A program made the translations under genes and the position numbers. Of a DNA stretch of 64,000 bases, positions 36,485 through 47,702 are shown one piece after another. The notes beneath the pieces were generated by a model. That model was not told the origin of the DNA. It worked only from the letters and a program-made list of their open reading frames with translations, and searched no databases. Source of the DNA: a virus (Duplodnaviria > Heunggongvirae > Uroviricota > Caudoviricetes); IMG/VR virus record IMGVR_UViG_3300026737_000001; one strand, given 5' to 3'. How positions within the stretch are numbered: the stretch's first letter is position 1; each line of letters opens with the position of its first letter.

Positions 36485-38092
36485 TTACTTAAAAGGATTT
36501 ATCTTTTCAACTATTATTTGCAGTGACTTTCTGCCTCTATACTCATTCCAGCCAACTGTATATGTTAGGTTAACTTTACCCTCTCTCAAGGTTCTTTCCA
36601 TATCAGCCTGCCTAAAAGCTATAGCTTCAACCCCACCAGCTTTAAATTTAACATGTTCATTTCCTGGAAGAACCCAAACTGAAGTTATATCAACATTTTT
36701 TGAGTAGAATACAGGCTTCCTATTTCCCTCTCCACATGGTTCTAAAATTTCAAGGTCGTACAGTAGCTCTTCTGAAATTTCACCTATGTCTACCTCTTTA
36801 TCATAGGTTACTGGCATTAACTCTACACTTTCAGCAAGCTCATTTAGTCTTAAGCTAAAATCATCAAATTTGTTCATTGATACATTTAGGCCAGCTGCCA
36901 TCGAGTGTCCACCTGCAGAATTTAAGAGTTCTTCTTCTAAGCAGACTTTTAAATTTTCGTAAAGATTAAACGGCTCTATGCTTCTGCCTGAACCCTTACC
37001 ACTCTTTCTATCAACAACTATTGATGGCTTCTCAAAAGAAGATGATATTCTTCCTGAAATAAGTCCAACTATGCCCTGTGGTATATTGCCATTACAAACT
37101 ATTACTTTATCACTATCATCGATATCATTTTTCATTTCATCCAATATCTTTTTAGTGATGTCTTTTCTTTGAACGTTTTTTCTATAAAGCTCATCAGCTA
37201 ATTCAGAACGTTGATATTCATTGTCAGTATATAAAATATCGTATGCTGGTCGAGCGGTTTTAAGTCTTCCAGTAGCGTTGATTAGTGGGCCTATCTTAAA
37301 GCCTATGTCAGTTGCTGAAAGTTTTGTTTCATCAACCTCGTTAACTTCAAGTATATTTTTTAGGCCGGAATTCATTATTCCCTTTCTCATACGCTTTAAG
37401 CCTTCTCTGACGATAATTCTGTTTTCATCAACTAAAGGTACAACATCAGCTACTGTAGCAACTGCTACGATGTCGATTACATCTAAGAATAAGTCATCTA
37501 GAAGATACTGAGAAAACTTCCAGGCTGCTCCAGCTCCACAAAGTTCAGTAAAGGGATAATCTCCCGAGTTTGCTTTTAAATCTATAAAAGGAGCATCAAC
37601 ACCATCATCACTTTCGTGGTGGTCGATAACAACTACTTCCATTCCCAAAGAGCGTGCATAATCTATTTCAGCCTGATTAGATATACCGCAATCTAAAGTA
37701 ATTATTAACTTAGCTCCTTGATGGTTCATTATATCTATTGACCTTTTTGATAAGCCATAACCATCTTTAAATCTATTAGCAAAAAAGACATCCACCTTAG
37801 CATTGTTTGACAGCTTTTTTAGTGCAGTTCTCAGTATATAAGCAGATGAAACTCCATCAGCATCATAATCTGAATAAATTGCAATCTTTGAAAAGAAGGC
37901 ATACTCTTTTACCTTGTCTGCAAATTCCTTAATATTTGGTATCTTTTCTGGTTCGTGCAGGTCTTTTAAAGAGCCGTTGAGAAAGAGGTCTAAATCTTTC
38001 TCATTATCAAGACCTCTATCCACCATGAGCTCTGCTACTATTTTATTTATATTTAGTTTTTCTTGTATATCTTCTACTTTTAGTTTTTTCAA
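36485..38092 (-). CDS. recJ: single-stranded-DNA-specific exonuclease RecJ (DHH family)
   Basis: DHH motifs 'YSDYDADGVSS', 'DCGISN', 'VIDHHESDD' and 'GGGHSMAAG'. Confidence 0.75.
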   Translation of the reverse strand: MKKLKVEDIQEKLNINKIVAELMVDRGLDNEKDLDLFLNGSLKDLHEPEKIPNIKEFADKVKEYAFFSKIAIYSDYDADGVSSAYILRTALKKLSNNAKVDVFFANRFKDGYGLSKRSIDIMNHQGAKLIITLDCGISNQAEIDYARSLGMEVVVIDHHESDDGVDAPFIDLKANSGDYPFTELCGAGAAWKFSQYLLDDLFLDVIDIVAVATVADVVPLVDENRIIVREGLKRMRKGIMNSGLKNILEVNEVDETKLSATDIGFKIGPLINATGRLKTARPAYDILYTDNEYQRSELADELYRKNVQRKDITKKILDEMKNDIDDSDKVIVCNGNIPQGIVGLISGRISSSFEKPSIVVDRKSGKGSGRSIEPFNLYENLKVCLEEELLNSAGGHSMAAGLNVSMNKFDDFSLRLNELAESVELMPVTYDKEVDIGEISEELLYDLEILEPCGEGNRKPVFYSKNVDITSVWVLPGNEHVKFKAGGVEAIAFRQADMERTLREGKVNLTYTVGWNEYRGRKSLQIIVEKINPFK

Positions 38093-38107
38093 TTTACCAC
38101 CCTCTTT

Positions 38108-39182
38108 CTAATTAGCTTTCTTAAAGAAATCTCCTTCAATCAATTTAACTTTATCAACCAGCATTGCATTACTTTTATCTTTTTTACCTTCAAGTTTTAA
38201 TTTAAAACCTTTTTGAAATAAGTCATGATTGGAGCGATATGTGTCCGGAAAAACTACAAGTTTAATCTTATTTTTATCTGTTTTAACTTTTGCAAAAGCC
38301 ATTAATTTATTTGACTTTCTGGTTTTAACCTCTTTAGATTCTGTAATTATGCCTTCCACCTCTAAGACCTCTCCGCTTTTAGCAAAATCCCATTCAGAAG
38401 GATAGGTTAAAGATAAACCGATTGTGTCCATTTCGAATTCAATAATTTCTTCTTTTGTGGGTTCTGGTTCGTCAAAAACTCCAGAACCTTCCTCATTTTT
38501 GAAGGCATCAAATAGTGACTGCCTCATCTGTCCAAACTCTTTAATAGTCTTGTAATCTACAAGTAATTGTTTTCTGTTTTTGCCGAATGAATCCATTGCC
38601 CCAGCTTTAATTAAAGATTCAAAAGCTGTCTTATTAACAACTCTTGTATCAACCTTCTGGTACATATCATCTAGGTCTTTAAACGGTCTTTGATTCATTA
38701 TTTCGGTGCTTGCTTTTTTACCTAAACCATCAATCGCATTTAAACCCAGTCTTATCTTCCCGTTAACAGCTGTAAAGCGCCCTTCTGACTCGTTAATGTC
38801 AGGAGGTAGTATATCTATCTTCTTTTTATAGCAGTCCGAGAAATAGTCCGTAATCGAGCTGTCAGAGCCACTCTTTGCTGCTTCAACACTCATGATAGCT
38901 GCATAGAACTCTGCCGGAAAATGGTATTTAAGGTAAGCAGTGGCATAAGATATTAATGCATAGCAAGCAGAATGTGATTTATTAAAGCCATAGCCGGCAA
39001 AATATTCGATTAATCTAAACATTTCATCAGCAAATTCTTCTGTGTGGCCATTTTCTTTAGCTCCTGCTTTAAACTTAACTTTCATTTTTTCTAATACTTT
39101 TATTTTCTTTTTTCCCATTCCACGCCTTAATATATCTGCCTCTCCCAGGCTGAAGTTAGCAATTATCTGTGCAGTTTTCATT
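38108..39182 (-). CDS. dnaE: DNA polymerase III alpha subunit DnaE, exon 3 (C-terminal part)
   Basis: '(V)MKTAQIIANFSLGEADILRRGMGKKK' corresponds to DnaE 'YQEQVMQIAQ...LGEADLLRRAMGKKK'. The codon is completed by splicing (see intron). Confidence 0.85.
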
Positions 39183-40758
39183 CAATTATGTTATCGCAAA
39201 AGCTTTTTATCTTCTGCTTCTATATCTGCTATCTTTACAAATATAGTTCGGCATACATTTTCACCTTATTTAAGGTGTCGAACACTCGTGGAGAGATTAT
39301 ATTTTACATATAAATGTAAGTTCACTCTCTATGCTCTACGGTATTAACAGATTTTTAGGTCTATTAATTACCTCGGTATTATCACATATAATATCCATTC
39401 TTTTTCTTTTTCTTGGTAGCCAAATATTAGCATCTTTGTACATGTATTTATATAGCTTTTTAGAAAATGATATACCACTTTGAAAGTAATATAGATTAGT
39501 ACTTTTATGGATTGTTTTATTGCTTTTTATTACCTTTTGTATAGATTTAAGCATTTTTTTATTTCCACAAAACCCACTTCTCTTACTTTTTTTGATGCAA
39601 GTTATGCCATCTCCATCAAAAAACCCTCTAATAAAGTGTCTATACATATTATCAGGTATTTGAAAGGGAAATGATTCTTTTCCCGTCTTATTAGGTATAA
39701 CACCATATTCAAATAATTTTTCAGTCATATGTCTTGATGTTAAGCTACATCTGCAACAGTAACCTTTTTTTGAATATCCAGAATTTTTACCAACATAAGG
39801 ATTAAGAGAACTTTCTAAGTGGCTTAAAAACCCATAAATAATCTCTTTGTCCTTTAAGGCTACACCTAATTTTATAGAATATTGACCATTATAGATAGAA
39901 GTGTTTCCATCAGCCATTAAAAAACCCAAAAAATAAGCTTTTTCTTCTTTGTTTATTTTATCAAAAAAATCTTCTTTTTTTATGCTATTCTCTAATCCTC
40001 TTTTTATATCAAAACCTTCTTTCTTTAACCATAATGAAATAGTGTTTCTATTAATACCTGTTTCAGTTGCTATTTCACATAAATATAATCCTGATTTATA
40101 AAGATTAACAACTCTTTTTTTATAAACATCTTTATATCCTATTTTATCCCCATGATTAAATTTTGAATTTTTTGTTAGTCCAGCATTTCTTAAATATTTA
40201 TACACTGTACCAACACTTATATTCAATAATTTTGATATTTCTTTTCCAAACTTACCTTCATTATAAAGGTCCATTATTTTTTTGATTTTATATTCACTTA
40301 TTTTTTCAGTTTTTTTAGATTTTTGTGGATTTTGTAAACTTATATCAGATTCATTAATCCATTTATAAATTGTACTTCTGCAAGGCATAATTTCCATTTT
40401 AGAAATATCAGTAACAGAAATGCCATCGCCATACATGTTTAATGCTTTTATTTTGCGTTGACTACTTTTCATCTTTATCACCTTCTACATATTGAAAGAG
40501 TATATACCTAACCATTTCAGAAAAATTAATTCCTTTTTTGTCAGCTATTTTTTGAATGTCTTCTTCCAGCTGTTCCGGTAAATAAATATTTCTTCTTTTC
40601 ATTTTTATCATCTCCAACGTGTGGTATTTGTATCACCTTGCATACATTATTATAACACACATTGAATCATTTTTCAAATTATGGATATTTAGATAGTGGC
40701 TTCACCGATTTTGCTCGATAATAATCTAGCTTATTTCTAAGCTGGACGGCAATTTCTT
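39183..40758 (-). other. group I-like intron in dnaE (intron 2), 1576 nt, carrying a LAGLIDADG HEG
   Basis: Exon 2 ends '...CAGGU' (U before the 5' splice site). The intron ends '...AATTG' (terminal G). Joining gives CAG GTA ATG = Q-V-M, restoring the conserved DnaE YQEQVM. A stop codon follows the exon 2 junction in frame. Confidence 0.7.
39336..40481 (-). CDS. LAGLIDADG homing endonuclease (double-motif) with N-terminal HTH modules, intron-encoded
   Basis: 'YFLGFLMADGNTS' and 'FIRGFFDGDGITC'. Confidence 0.8.
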   Translation of the reverse strand: MIKMKSSQRKIKALNMYGDGISVTDISKMEIMPCRSTIYKWINESDISLQNPQKSKKTEKISEYKIKKIMDLYNEGKFGKEISKLLNISVGTVYKYLRNAGLTKNSKFNHGDKIGYKDVYKKRVVNLYKSGLYLCEIATETGINRNTISLWLKKEGFDIKRGLENSIKKEDFFDKINKEEKAYFLGFLMADGNTSIYNGQYSIKLGVALKDKEIIYGFLSHLESSLNPYVGKNSGYSKKGYCCRCSLTSRHMTEKLFEYGVIPNKTGKESFPFQIPDNMYRHFIRGFFDGDGITCIKKSKRSGFCGNKKMLKSIQKVIKSNKTIHKSTNLYYFQSGISFSKKLYKYMYKDANIWLPRKRKRMDIICDNTEVINRPKNLLIP

Positions 40759-42710
40759 ACCTGTTCCTGGTATACTAGGTAACCGTATGTTTCCTCTAAT
40801 TCCTTTTTTAAACTTTCGTGTGGATATTCTACTTTTTCATTACCGTGCATTCTGTCGAAATATTTTTCCACAATACCAGCTTCAAGTGGTCCCGGGCGAC
40901 CGAGAGCAAGTATAGCAATTATATGCTCGAACTTTGTAGGTTTCATTTTCTTTAACAGCCTTTTAAATAGTTGTGATTCTACCTGAAAAACCCCGTTGGT
41001 ATCAGCCTTCTGATAGATGTTTTTATATACATCTTTATCATCAAGAGGTAAATCCCAAATGTTTTGTACTGTAGGCTTATACTCTAAGCTATCATAATCT
41101 TTTCTGTTCTTGATAAACTTAATAGCCTCACCTATGATAACAACAGTCTTTAACCCTAAGAAATCCATCTTGAGCAAACCTAAATCTTCGCTATCGTGCA
41201 TCTCTGTCTGAGTTACATATGTTATCTCACCAGTCTGGCTGTTTTTGGTTCGTGCTAAAGGTGTGTAATCATCAACAGGCTCTGGAGTAATAACAACTGC
41301 TGAGGCATGTGTACCTAACTGTCTAGGCTTACCTTCTAGCTTTTGAGCTATATCGAATAGTTTTGGATACTGTTCAGCATACATCTTAAGTTCTTTACTT
41401 TCTTCCAGTGCTTCCTTGATTGAAATACCTGGGGTATCGGGAAATGCCTTTGATATCTCTTTATTCATTAGATTGTAATCATATCCTAATACTCGGCCTA
41501 CATCTTTAACAGCTGATTTAGCACCTAGTGTACCAAAGTTACAGATACTTGCTACATTTTCTTCTCCGTATTTGTCGATTACATACTGGATAACTTTTCC
41601 TCTATTTCCAAAATCTATATCAATATCAGGCATAGCAGTTCTTTCAGGATTTAAGAATCTTTCAAACAGCAGTCCATACTTAACAGGGTCTAAGGCTGTG
41701 ATGCCTAAAAGATAGGATAGAAGTGAGCCTGCTGCAGACCCTCGACCAGGACCAACAATGATGTTATTATCTTTAGCCCACTGAACATAATCTTCAACAA
41801 TTAAAAAGTAGGCAGGATACCCCTTCATATTTATAACCTCAAGCTCTGTATCAAGCCGTCTGGCGTATTTATCCATATCAATGTCTTTTTCTACAGCCAA
41901 CTCAAAAAGCTTCTTAAAGGCCCTTTCTTCAAGGTATGACTCAAGTGTATAACCTTCAGGAACTTCGAACTTAGGAAGGAGTAAATTACCTAAATCAAGC
42001 TCGACTGTATCACATTTATCGGCAATTTTTACTGTATTCTCAACTGCACTATCTCTGGCATCTATAAAATCAGACTCTACACTTTTTGCAAAAAGCTGAC
42101 TTTTTATCTCATCTTCACCCTTAAAATAGTATGAATCTCCATGAAATCTAAATCTGTCATTATCTTCAACTTTTGCCCCTGTTTGAATACATAGCATAAC
42201 GTCATGAGCTTCTATACTGTCCTTTTCTAGATAGTGCATATCTGATGTAGCTACAAGCTCTATATCTAATTTTCTAGCTAAATTTGCAAGCTTTGAGTTC
42301 ATTACGTACTGCTCTGATACATCGTTGGCCATAATCTCTATATAGAAATCATCACCAAAAAGTTTTTTATATTTTAGAGCTATTTCTTCTGCTCTTTCAT
42401 TGTTGTTATTCTCTAAGGCTCTTGGTATCTCTCCTGCAAGGCAGGCAGAACTTACTATAAGTCCTTCAGAATGCTCTTTTAAAATTTCAAAATCTATTCT
42501 TGGTTTATAATAAAAACCTTCTGTATTTGACTTACTCACCATCTTAAAAATATTATCCAATCCTTTTTTATTTTTAGCAAGGATTATAAGGTGGTGTCTT
42601 TTACCTTCTTTATCATGCATGTCATTAGCTACATATACTTCAATTCCAAATATATGTTTAATTTCTTCTTCTTTGGCTGCTTTATAAAGCTCTACGAAAT
42701 TATGGATACT
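40759..42710 (-). CDS. dnaE: DNA polymerase III alpha subunit DnaE, exon 2 (PHP remainder plus polymerase core)
   Basis: 'GPGRGSAAGSLLSYLLGIT', 'FLGLKT', ends 'GYLVYQEQV'. Confidence 0.85.
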
Positions 42711-43840
42711 CAATTGTGTTATCCTACAAGTTTTTTACCATGTAGTTCTTGCAGTTCATTTCCTGCAAGTTCAGCATACCTTTTGCCCACCAGCATTACC
42801 TGTGAGGACAGGAGTCTCTTGGAAAAATTATATTCTTTAATACAAATTAAAGTTTCATTTTCTATGCGTTGCCCCTGACTAATATTTTAAAATTAGCCTT
42901 CGGTTCGGATTGGCTTCTCAGCTTTCCCGCTTAATACTCCTGTAATAATTCTAAACATTCCTGTTTAGAACGGCAAATTTATCATGTTTTCTCTTTAAAT
43001 ATATATTAGCATCTTTATATAGGTAGTCTTTAATTTTCAAAACAGCAAGCCTTCCTGACTTTCTTATTTTGTACATATCAGATTTATGAAATTTTGGTTT
43101 TTGCATAAATATATCATTTTTTTCAAACTCATCAGATATTTCATTTAGCATATCTTTATAGCCCATTATATAAAATTCACAATTTAAAGAGTTCTTGTGA
43201 TGGTTATCATTTCTTATTGAATATGATATACATCCATCACCGTCAAAGTAACCTCTTATAAAATGATTCATATATTCTTCTTTTATATTTGGTAATGAGT
43301 TTGTGTTTTTTACACCTAGTTTTATTAAGTCTTGATATATTTTTTTATTGGTAAAAGACAGAGTATATTGTCCAATATTACTATATCTATCCTTTCTTGG
43401 TTTAATGTAATATAATGGACCTGCATAACCAACTTCATTTTTTACATCTAAAAGAAGTTTTTTATCATCTTCTTTTAAACCAATAGAGGCCACATAACTT
43501 CTTCCTGAAATATATACGCTTCCATCTGAATAAAATAATCCTAATATATAGGCTTTCTCTTTAGAATTTATTTCAGAAAAATATTTTTGATTTATTTTAT
43601 ATTGTGGTTGACCTCCTGGATTTCTTGATTTTATATTATACTCTTTGAAAGTCGTTTGTATTTTTGAAGCACTTACATTAAAATATTTTCCTATATCTTT
43701 ATGACTTAAACCATCATTATAAAGATTTTTCATTTCATTAATTTGTTTTGTAGAAAAAATAATTTTTTTAGTAATTTTTATCACCCTCTTTAGCTTAAAG
43801 GTGCTAATATATTTATAATTATAACATGATATTAATGTTT
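42711..43840 (-). other. group I-like intron in dnaE (intron 1), 1130 nt, carrying a LAGLIDADG HEG
   Basis: Exon 1 ends '...GAC CAC GGU' and the intron ends '...CACAATTG'. Joining gives 'TDHG|SIHNFVELYKAAK', collinear without gaps with Firmicute DnaE 'TDHGNMFGAIEFYKAAK'. Confidence 0.65.
42951..43784 (-). CDS. LAGLIDADG homing endonuclease, intron-encoded (paralog of 39336..40481)
   Basis: 'YILGLFYSDGSVY' and 'FIRGYFDGDGCIS'. The N-terminal HTH resembles the other HEG. Confidence 0.8.
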   Translation of the reverse strand: MIKITKKIIFSTKQINEMKNLYNDGLSHKDIGKYFNVSASKIQTTFKEYNIKSRNPGGQPQYKINQKYFSEINSKEKAYILGLFYSDGSVYISGRSYVASIGLKEDDKKLLLDVKNEVGYAGPLYYIKPRKDRYSNIGQYTLSFTNKKIYQDLIKLGVKNTNSLPNIKEEYMNHFIRGYFDGDGCISYSIRNDNHHKNSLNCEFYIMGYKDMLNEISDEFEKNDIFMQKPKFHKSDMYKIRKSGRLAVLKIKDYLYKDANIYLKRKHDKFAVLNRNV

Positions 43841-43966
43841 ACCGTGGTCTGTTATAGCAACAGTTTTTTGACCCATATCTTTTGCTTTCTTCACAATATC
43901 CTTTGGTGAATCAAAGCCGTCCAAAAAAGAGTAGTAACTGTGGTTGTGTAAATTAACATAAGACAA
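43841..43966 (-). CDS. dnaE: DNA polymerase III alpha subunit DnaE, exon 1 (PHP N-terminus)
   Basis: Not in the ORF track. TTG start after AAGGAGG. '(M)SYVNLHNHSYYSFLDGFDSPKDIVKKAKDMGQKTVAITDHG' is the PHP-domain signature. Confidence 0.7.
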
Positions 43967-44131
43967 ATAACTTCCTCCTTTCGTTTCGTTAAGTTTATTA
44001 TATCATACTTCACTTGATTATTAAAGAAAAAGGCGCACCATTAAAGCAACGCCTTCTTTTATTATATAACTATACCTGCTAACAACCCAGCTATTAATAA
44101 AGCATTAAATAGTCTTAACATTATTCTTCAC

Positions 44132-44485
44132 CTACTTGTGCCAAGGCTTAAAGTCTTTAACTTTATTAATTAACTCTTTATTCCATTTACCCCCAAAATT
44201 AATTGCTCTATCATCAATTTGCACTATAGCTGGTACTTTATCTCTAACTACTTTATCTACTTCAATATCATATTTATCTAAATAATCTTCGATAGCTTCA
44301 ATTCCGCCTTCTTGGTGGCACCTGGAAGAATGGACAACTACTTCATAATCTTTCCTTAATTCCTGAATAGCTTCGTTTACACCTTCAACCGGAGAATCTG
44401 GTATATTAGTAACTCCTTGCCAACCAGACTTATAGCTGTGAATAACACCGTCAAAATCTAAAATAATTGTTTTCTTGCCTGACAT
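44132..44485 (-). CDS. HAD-superfamily phosphatase-like protein (paralog of 24617..24973)
   Basis: 'KKTIILDFDGVIH' motif I. Confidence 0.4.
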   Translation of the reverse strand: MSGKKTIILDFDGVIHSYKSGWQGVTNIPDSPVEGVNEAIQELRKDYEVVVHSSRCHQEGGIEAIEDYLDKYDIEVDKVVRDKVPAIVQIDDRAINFGGKWNKELINKVKDFKPWHK

Positions 44486-44800
44486 TTAATTTGCCTCCTC
44501 TACTTTCTCATAAGTTTTATGGAATATATCAGGTTTACAAGGATAAAATTCGCCGTTTACGCCTTTGATAATATAGTCTCCAACATTAGCCCTCATTACC
44601 CCTTCTAAAGTAGGTATGACAATTTCCCCTAATTTTTTGTTGCTGTAATCAATATAAGAATCCTTACAATCTTTCATAAAAGTTTCAGTAATTAAACTAT
44701 TAGCCCCATTCCATTCAACAGCCTCAATTACAACTGGTTTTTTACGATATTTTGCCATTTTATCCCCCTTAAAATTGCTTTGAAAGTGTAAAACTAACAT
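44486..44800 (-). CDS. hypothetical protein
   Basis: ORF. Confidence 0.3.
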   Translation of the reverse strand: MLVLHFQSNFKGDKMAKYRKKPVVIEAVEWNGANSLITETFMKDCKDSYIDYSNKKLGEIVIPTLEGVMRANVGDYIIKGVNGEFYPCKPDIFHKTYEKVEEAN

Positions 44801-44874
44801 TATTTGGAGTCTTACAATCCTGCTTTATCCTTAAATGGCCTAAAGGTAGTTTGCCTTCAACGCCATATACCTTT

Positions 44875-45513
44875 TTAACGCCCTCTACATAGCAATAGTG
44901 TAGCTTTTCCATAACTATAATAAGGAACTCCATCATCTATTAAATCATAATCGTCTCTTTCTGATATGATTGCCCATGCATCTTCGTTTTCTATATGGTA
45001 TCTAACACCAACCTTTTTAGCTTGTAGTTTACCTCTGGATATTTTATTAACTATCCCTTGGTTGGTTACTCCTATCAACATTGCAAGTTCATTTGCAGAT
45101 AAATCTCTGCCTCTGTATAATTTTATTCTTGTCTCTGCAAGCGTTATTAAAAATCCAATCCGGGAGTTTAAAAGACCCCTGTTGGTACCTTTCTGAACAA
45201 AGTATTTAGAAACAATATTTACCTGAGCATCCTCTTTTAATTCGTTTATTATTCCAGTTATTTCAGGAATATAATCATACTGTCCCTTTATAAAGTAAAA
45301 TAGTTTTTTTATTTCTTTAGCAAAAGGAAAAGGAAAATCAATTTTTTTATTCTCTATTGGACAGAAAAGTTCCACTGGTTCTTTGTTCACTTCTATGTCT
45401 TTTGCGTACTTAAGTTCAAGTTGGATTAATTCACGTAAATTGTTTTCTATATCAGATATAATTTTATTATAAAAACTTTTTCCTTTGAAATCTTTAATAC
45501 TGTATTCATTCAT
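44875..45513 (-). CDS. hypothetical protein with C-terminal HTH
   Basis: 'LAMLIGVTNQGIVNKISRGKLQA'. Confidence 0.35.
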   Translation of the reverse strand: MNEYSIKDFKGKSFYNKIISDIENNLRELIQLELKYAKDIEVNKEPVELFCPIENKKIDFPFPFAKEIKKLFYFIKGQYDYIPEITGIINELKEDAQVNIVSKYFVQKGTNRGLLNSRIGFLITLAETRIKLYRGRDLSANELAMLIGVTNQGIVNKISRGKLQAKKVGVRYHIENEDAWAIISERDDYDLIDDGVPYYSYGKATLLLCRGR

Positions 45514-45610
45514 TTTTTTAAACCCCCTTTTTATTTAGTTTTATTATCTAAACTAATCATAACAGCTGCAAATTACTTTGTCAACAACTTTTTTAGGAAT
45601 TACTCTTATT

Positions 45611-46150
45611 TTATATGTGAATTTTTTCTTTTAACATCACTTCTAATTCTCTTTTTGCAATTTCTTTTTCATCTTTTTGCAAATTGTTTTTTAAGCAAAA
45701 TTCAAAGTCTATATTTGAGTTTTTAATAAATAATGCTGATTTATAAATACACTTCCAATCTTTACCTCCTGTTATAACAACGTTCTTGTGGTAGTTTAAA
45801 AAACTGTTCTTTAAAACTAGATATATTTTATCAACTAGGTTCTCATTTGTTATTTTGTATATTTTTGAAACTTTAACCCCATTTGTATATAGTTTTACAA
45901 CTATATTTTTATGATTATTTTGCAAATATTTCAAAAATTGAACGAGGTCAGTTTGAAGCGTTGCCTCTCCGCCTCTTATGGTAATTTCCTCTAAATTTTT
46001 ATAATTTATATCTTCTTTATTAAAATTTTCTTTTTTTATTTTTGGAACTAGATGCAAATCCTTACAATCTGCACACCTTAAGTTACATCCCTGAACATAG
46101 ATTGTTAACTTCTTACCGTCCTCTGAATATTCCTTCTTATAAATATTCAT
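45611..46150 (-). CDS. small radical SAM activase-like protein (NrdG/QueE-like)
   Basis: 'DGKKLTIYVQGCNLRCADC' and 'IRGGEATLQ'. Confidence 0.45.
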   Translation of the reverse strand: MNIYKKEYSEDGKKLTIYVQGCNLRCADCKDLHLVPKIKKENFNKEDINYKNLEEITIRGGEATLQTDLVQFLKYLQNNHKNIVVKLYTNGVKVSKIYKITNENLVDKIYLVLKNSFLNYHKNVVITGGKDWKCIYKSALFIKNSNIDFEFCLKNNLQKDEKEIAKRELEVMLKEKIHI

Positions 46151-46199
46151 TCCAAACCTCCTAAAATAAAAACCCCCAAAATTAATTGAGGGTTTGAAT

Positions 46200-47387
46200 T
46201 TATTTTTTATATTTTTCTTTTATTAAAAATGAGACCTGTATCCCGATTCCTATTAATGCTGCAAGTCCTACACCGCTAAATTTATAAACTGTTATTCCAC
46301 TTAGTCCAAAAACTATCATCGTAGAAGCTATAAATGTATTCTTTGGACTTGTGAAATCGACTTTATTTGAAACAAAAGTTTTAAAGCCTAGAGTTGCTAT
46401 ATTACCAAAAAGAATAATCATAACTCCTCCAACAACAGCTGTTGGTATTGACTGCAGAAAAGCTGCTAATACACCTACAAAGCTAAATATAATTGCAAAT
46501 ATACCTGCATTTCTTGTAACTTTTGGGTCTCTTATCTTTAATAGACTAACTGCTGATGTTCCTTCTGAGTAAGTTGTATTTGGTACAGAGCCTACAAAAG
46601 AAAGCATTGTGCCTATTCCATCAATTAACATCGTCCTGTGCATCCCTGGTGACTTATAATACTTATTACCAGTTGCTTCACTTACTGCAAATACATCACC
46701 AAAATGCTCTATTGTTGGAGCTAAGGCAAATGGCAGTATGTAAATTGCTGCGCTTAAATTAAATCTTGGGAGTGTAAATTCAGGCATGCTTACTAGTGGT
46801 AGAGAAACAAATGTTACCTCTCCTAGAAGCAAAGCTGATATATATCCTGTTAAAATAGCTATCAAAACTGAATATAATCTTGTTACTCCTTCTGTAAACA
46901 TCATAAAATATCCTGCTGTAGATAATGTTATAATAGCTAAAAGCCAATTACCTGAAGCCATATCTATACCGGTATCTATCAGGGTCAACCCTATCAGCAT
47001 AATCATTGTTCCTGAGATTACTGGAGGGAAAAGTTTTTCTGAGATGAAGTCACTGCCTGTTTTTTTAATTACAAATGAAAATAAAACTTTCATAATTCCC
47101 GCAACACCTAATGCAAAGAAAACAGATGGCATATCCCATCTATCCTGTATATAAATTATTGGTGCTATATAGGCAAATGATGAGCCTAGAAAAATTATTG
47201 GTGCTCCATATTCACCTCTACCAAAATAATGCATGATAAGAGTCGATATACCTGCTGTAAATAAAACAATAGATGTTGAGATACCCGTCAAAAGTGGTAC
47301 CAAAATCGTAGCGCCAAAGCAGACTACAAGCATCTGTAAACCTAAAAGCCATGTGTTATTTCCAATATTGAAATTCTCTGATTTCAT
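46200..47387 (-). CDS. NCS2-family nucleobase (uracil/xanthine) permease
   Basis: N-terminus 'LQMLVVCFGATILVPLLTG...LFTAGISTLIMH...IFLGSSFAYIAPII' parallels UraA/PyrP. Twelve or more TM segments. Confidence 0.6.
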   Translation of the reverse strand: MKSENFNIGNNTWLLGLQMLVVCFGATILVPLLTGISTSIVLFTAGISTLIMHYFGRGEYGAPIIFLGSSFAYIAPIIYIQDRWDMPSVFFALGVAGIMKVLFSFVIKKTGSDFISEKLFPPVISGTMIMLIGLTLIDTGIDMASGNWLLAIITLSTAGYFMMFTEGVTRLYSVLIAILTGYISALLLGEVTFVSLPLVSMPEFTLPRFNLSAAIYILPFALAPTIEHFGDVFAVSEATGNKYYKSPGMHRTMLIDGIGTMLSFVGSVPNTTYSEGTSAVSLLKIRDPKVTRNAGIFAIIFSFVGVLAAFLQSIPTAVVGGVMIILFGNIATLGFKTFVSNKVDFTSPKNTFIASTMIVFGLSGITVYKFSGVGLAALIGIGIQVSFLIKEKYKK

Positions 47388-47408
47388 TAATATTGTGCCT
47401 CCTGTTTT

Positions 47409-47702
47409 TTATAACCAATTATATTTTTTTACGTAATAAAAATCTTCGCTTATACCACAATAAGGGCAAACCTTTACTTTCTTTTCTGGATGAGTTTTAA
47501 ATTTTCTATTTTTGCCACATATAGGACACCATGTATAAATTATTCTTCTGTCTGGTTTTTTGAAATCCTTGTGTTTGTAAAGTGTTACTTTTTTGTACTT
47601 CTTTTTTTGTTTTTTGTAATATTTTTCTGCCTCTTTTTTGCTTGTAAACTTTTCTTTTTCATATTTAAATTTTTTCTTAGCTGTAATTACAAACCACTTC
47701 AA
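47409..47702 (-). CDS. Lys-rich zinc-ribbon protein
   Basis: 'CPICGKN...CPYCG' CxxC...CxxC. Confidence 0.35.
   Translation of the reverse strand: MKWFVITAKKKFKYEKEKFTSKKEAEKYYKKQKKKYKKVTLYKHKDFKKPDRRIIYTWCPICGKNRKFKTHPEKKVKVCPYCGISEDFYYVKKYNWL

Noticed and set aside
38108-43966. Interpreting the dnaE interruptions as inteins
   Set aside because: The insertions contain in-frame stop codons and separately framed HEG ORFs, and the flanking sequences follow the exon-U / intron-terminal-G rule, so these are introns. The nrdD insertion, by contrast, is in-frame and intein-like.
46351-47436. Several + strand ORFs (46351..46572, 46556..46762, 46786..47154, 47233..47436) antisense to the permease gene
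   Set aside because: These are shadow ORFs within a well-supported 12-TM - strand gene.
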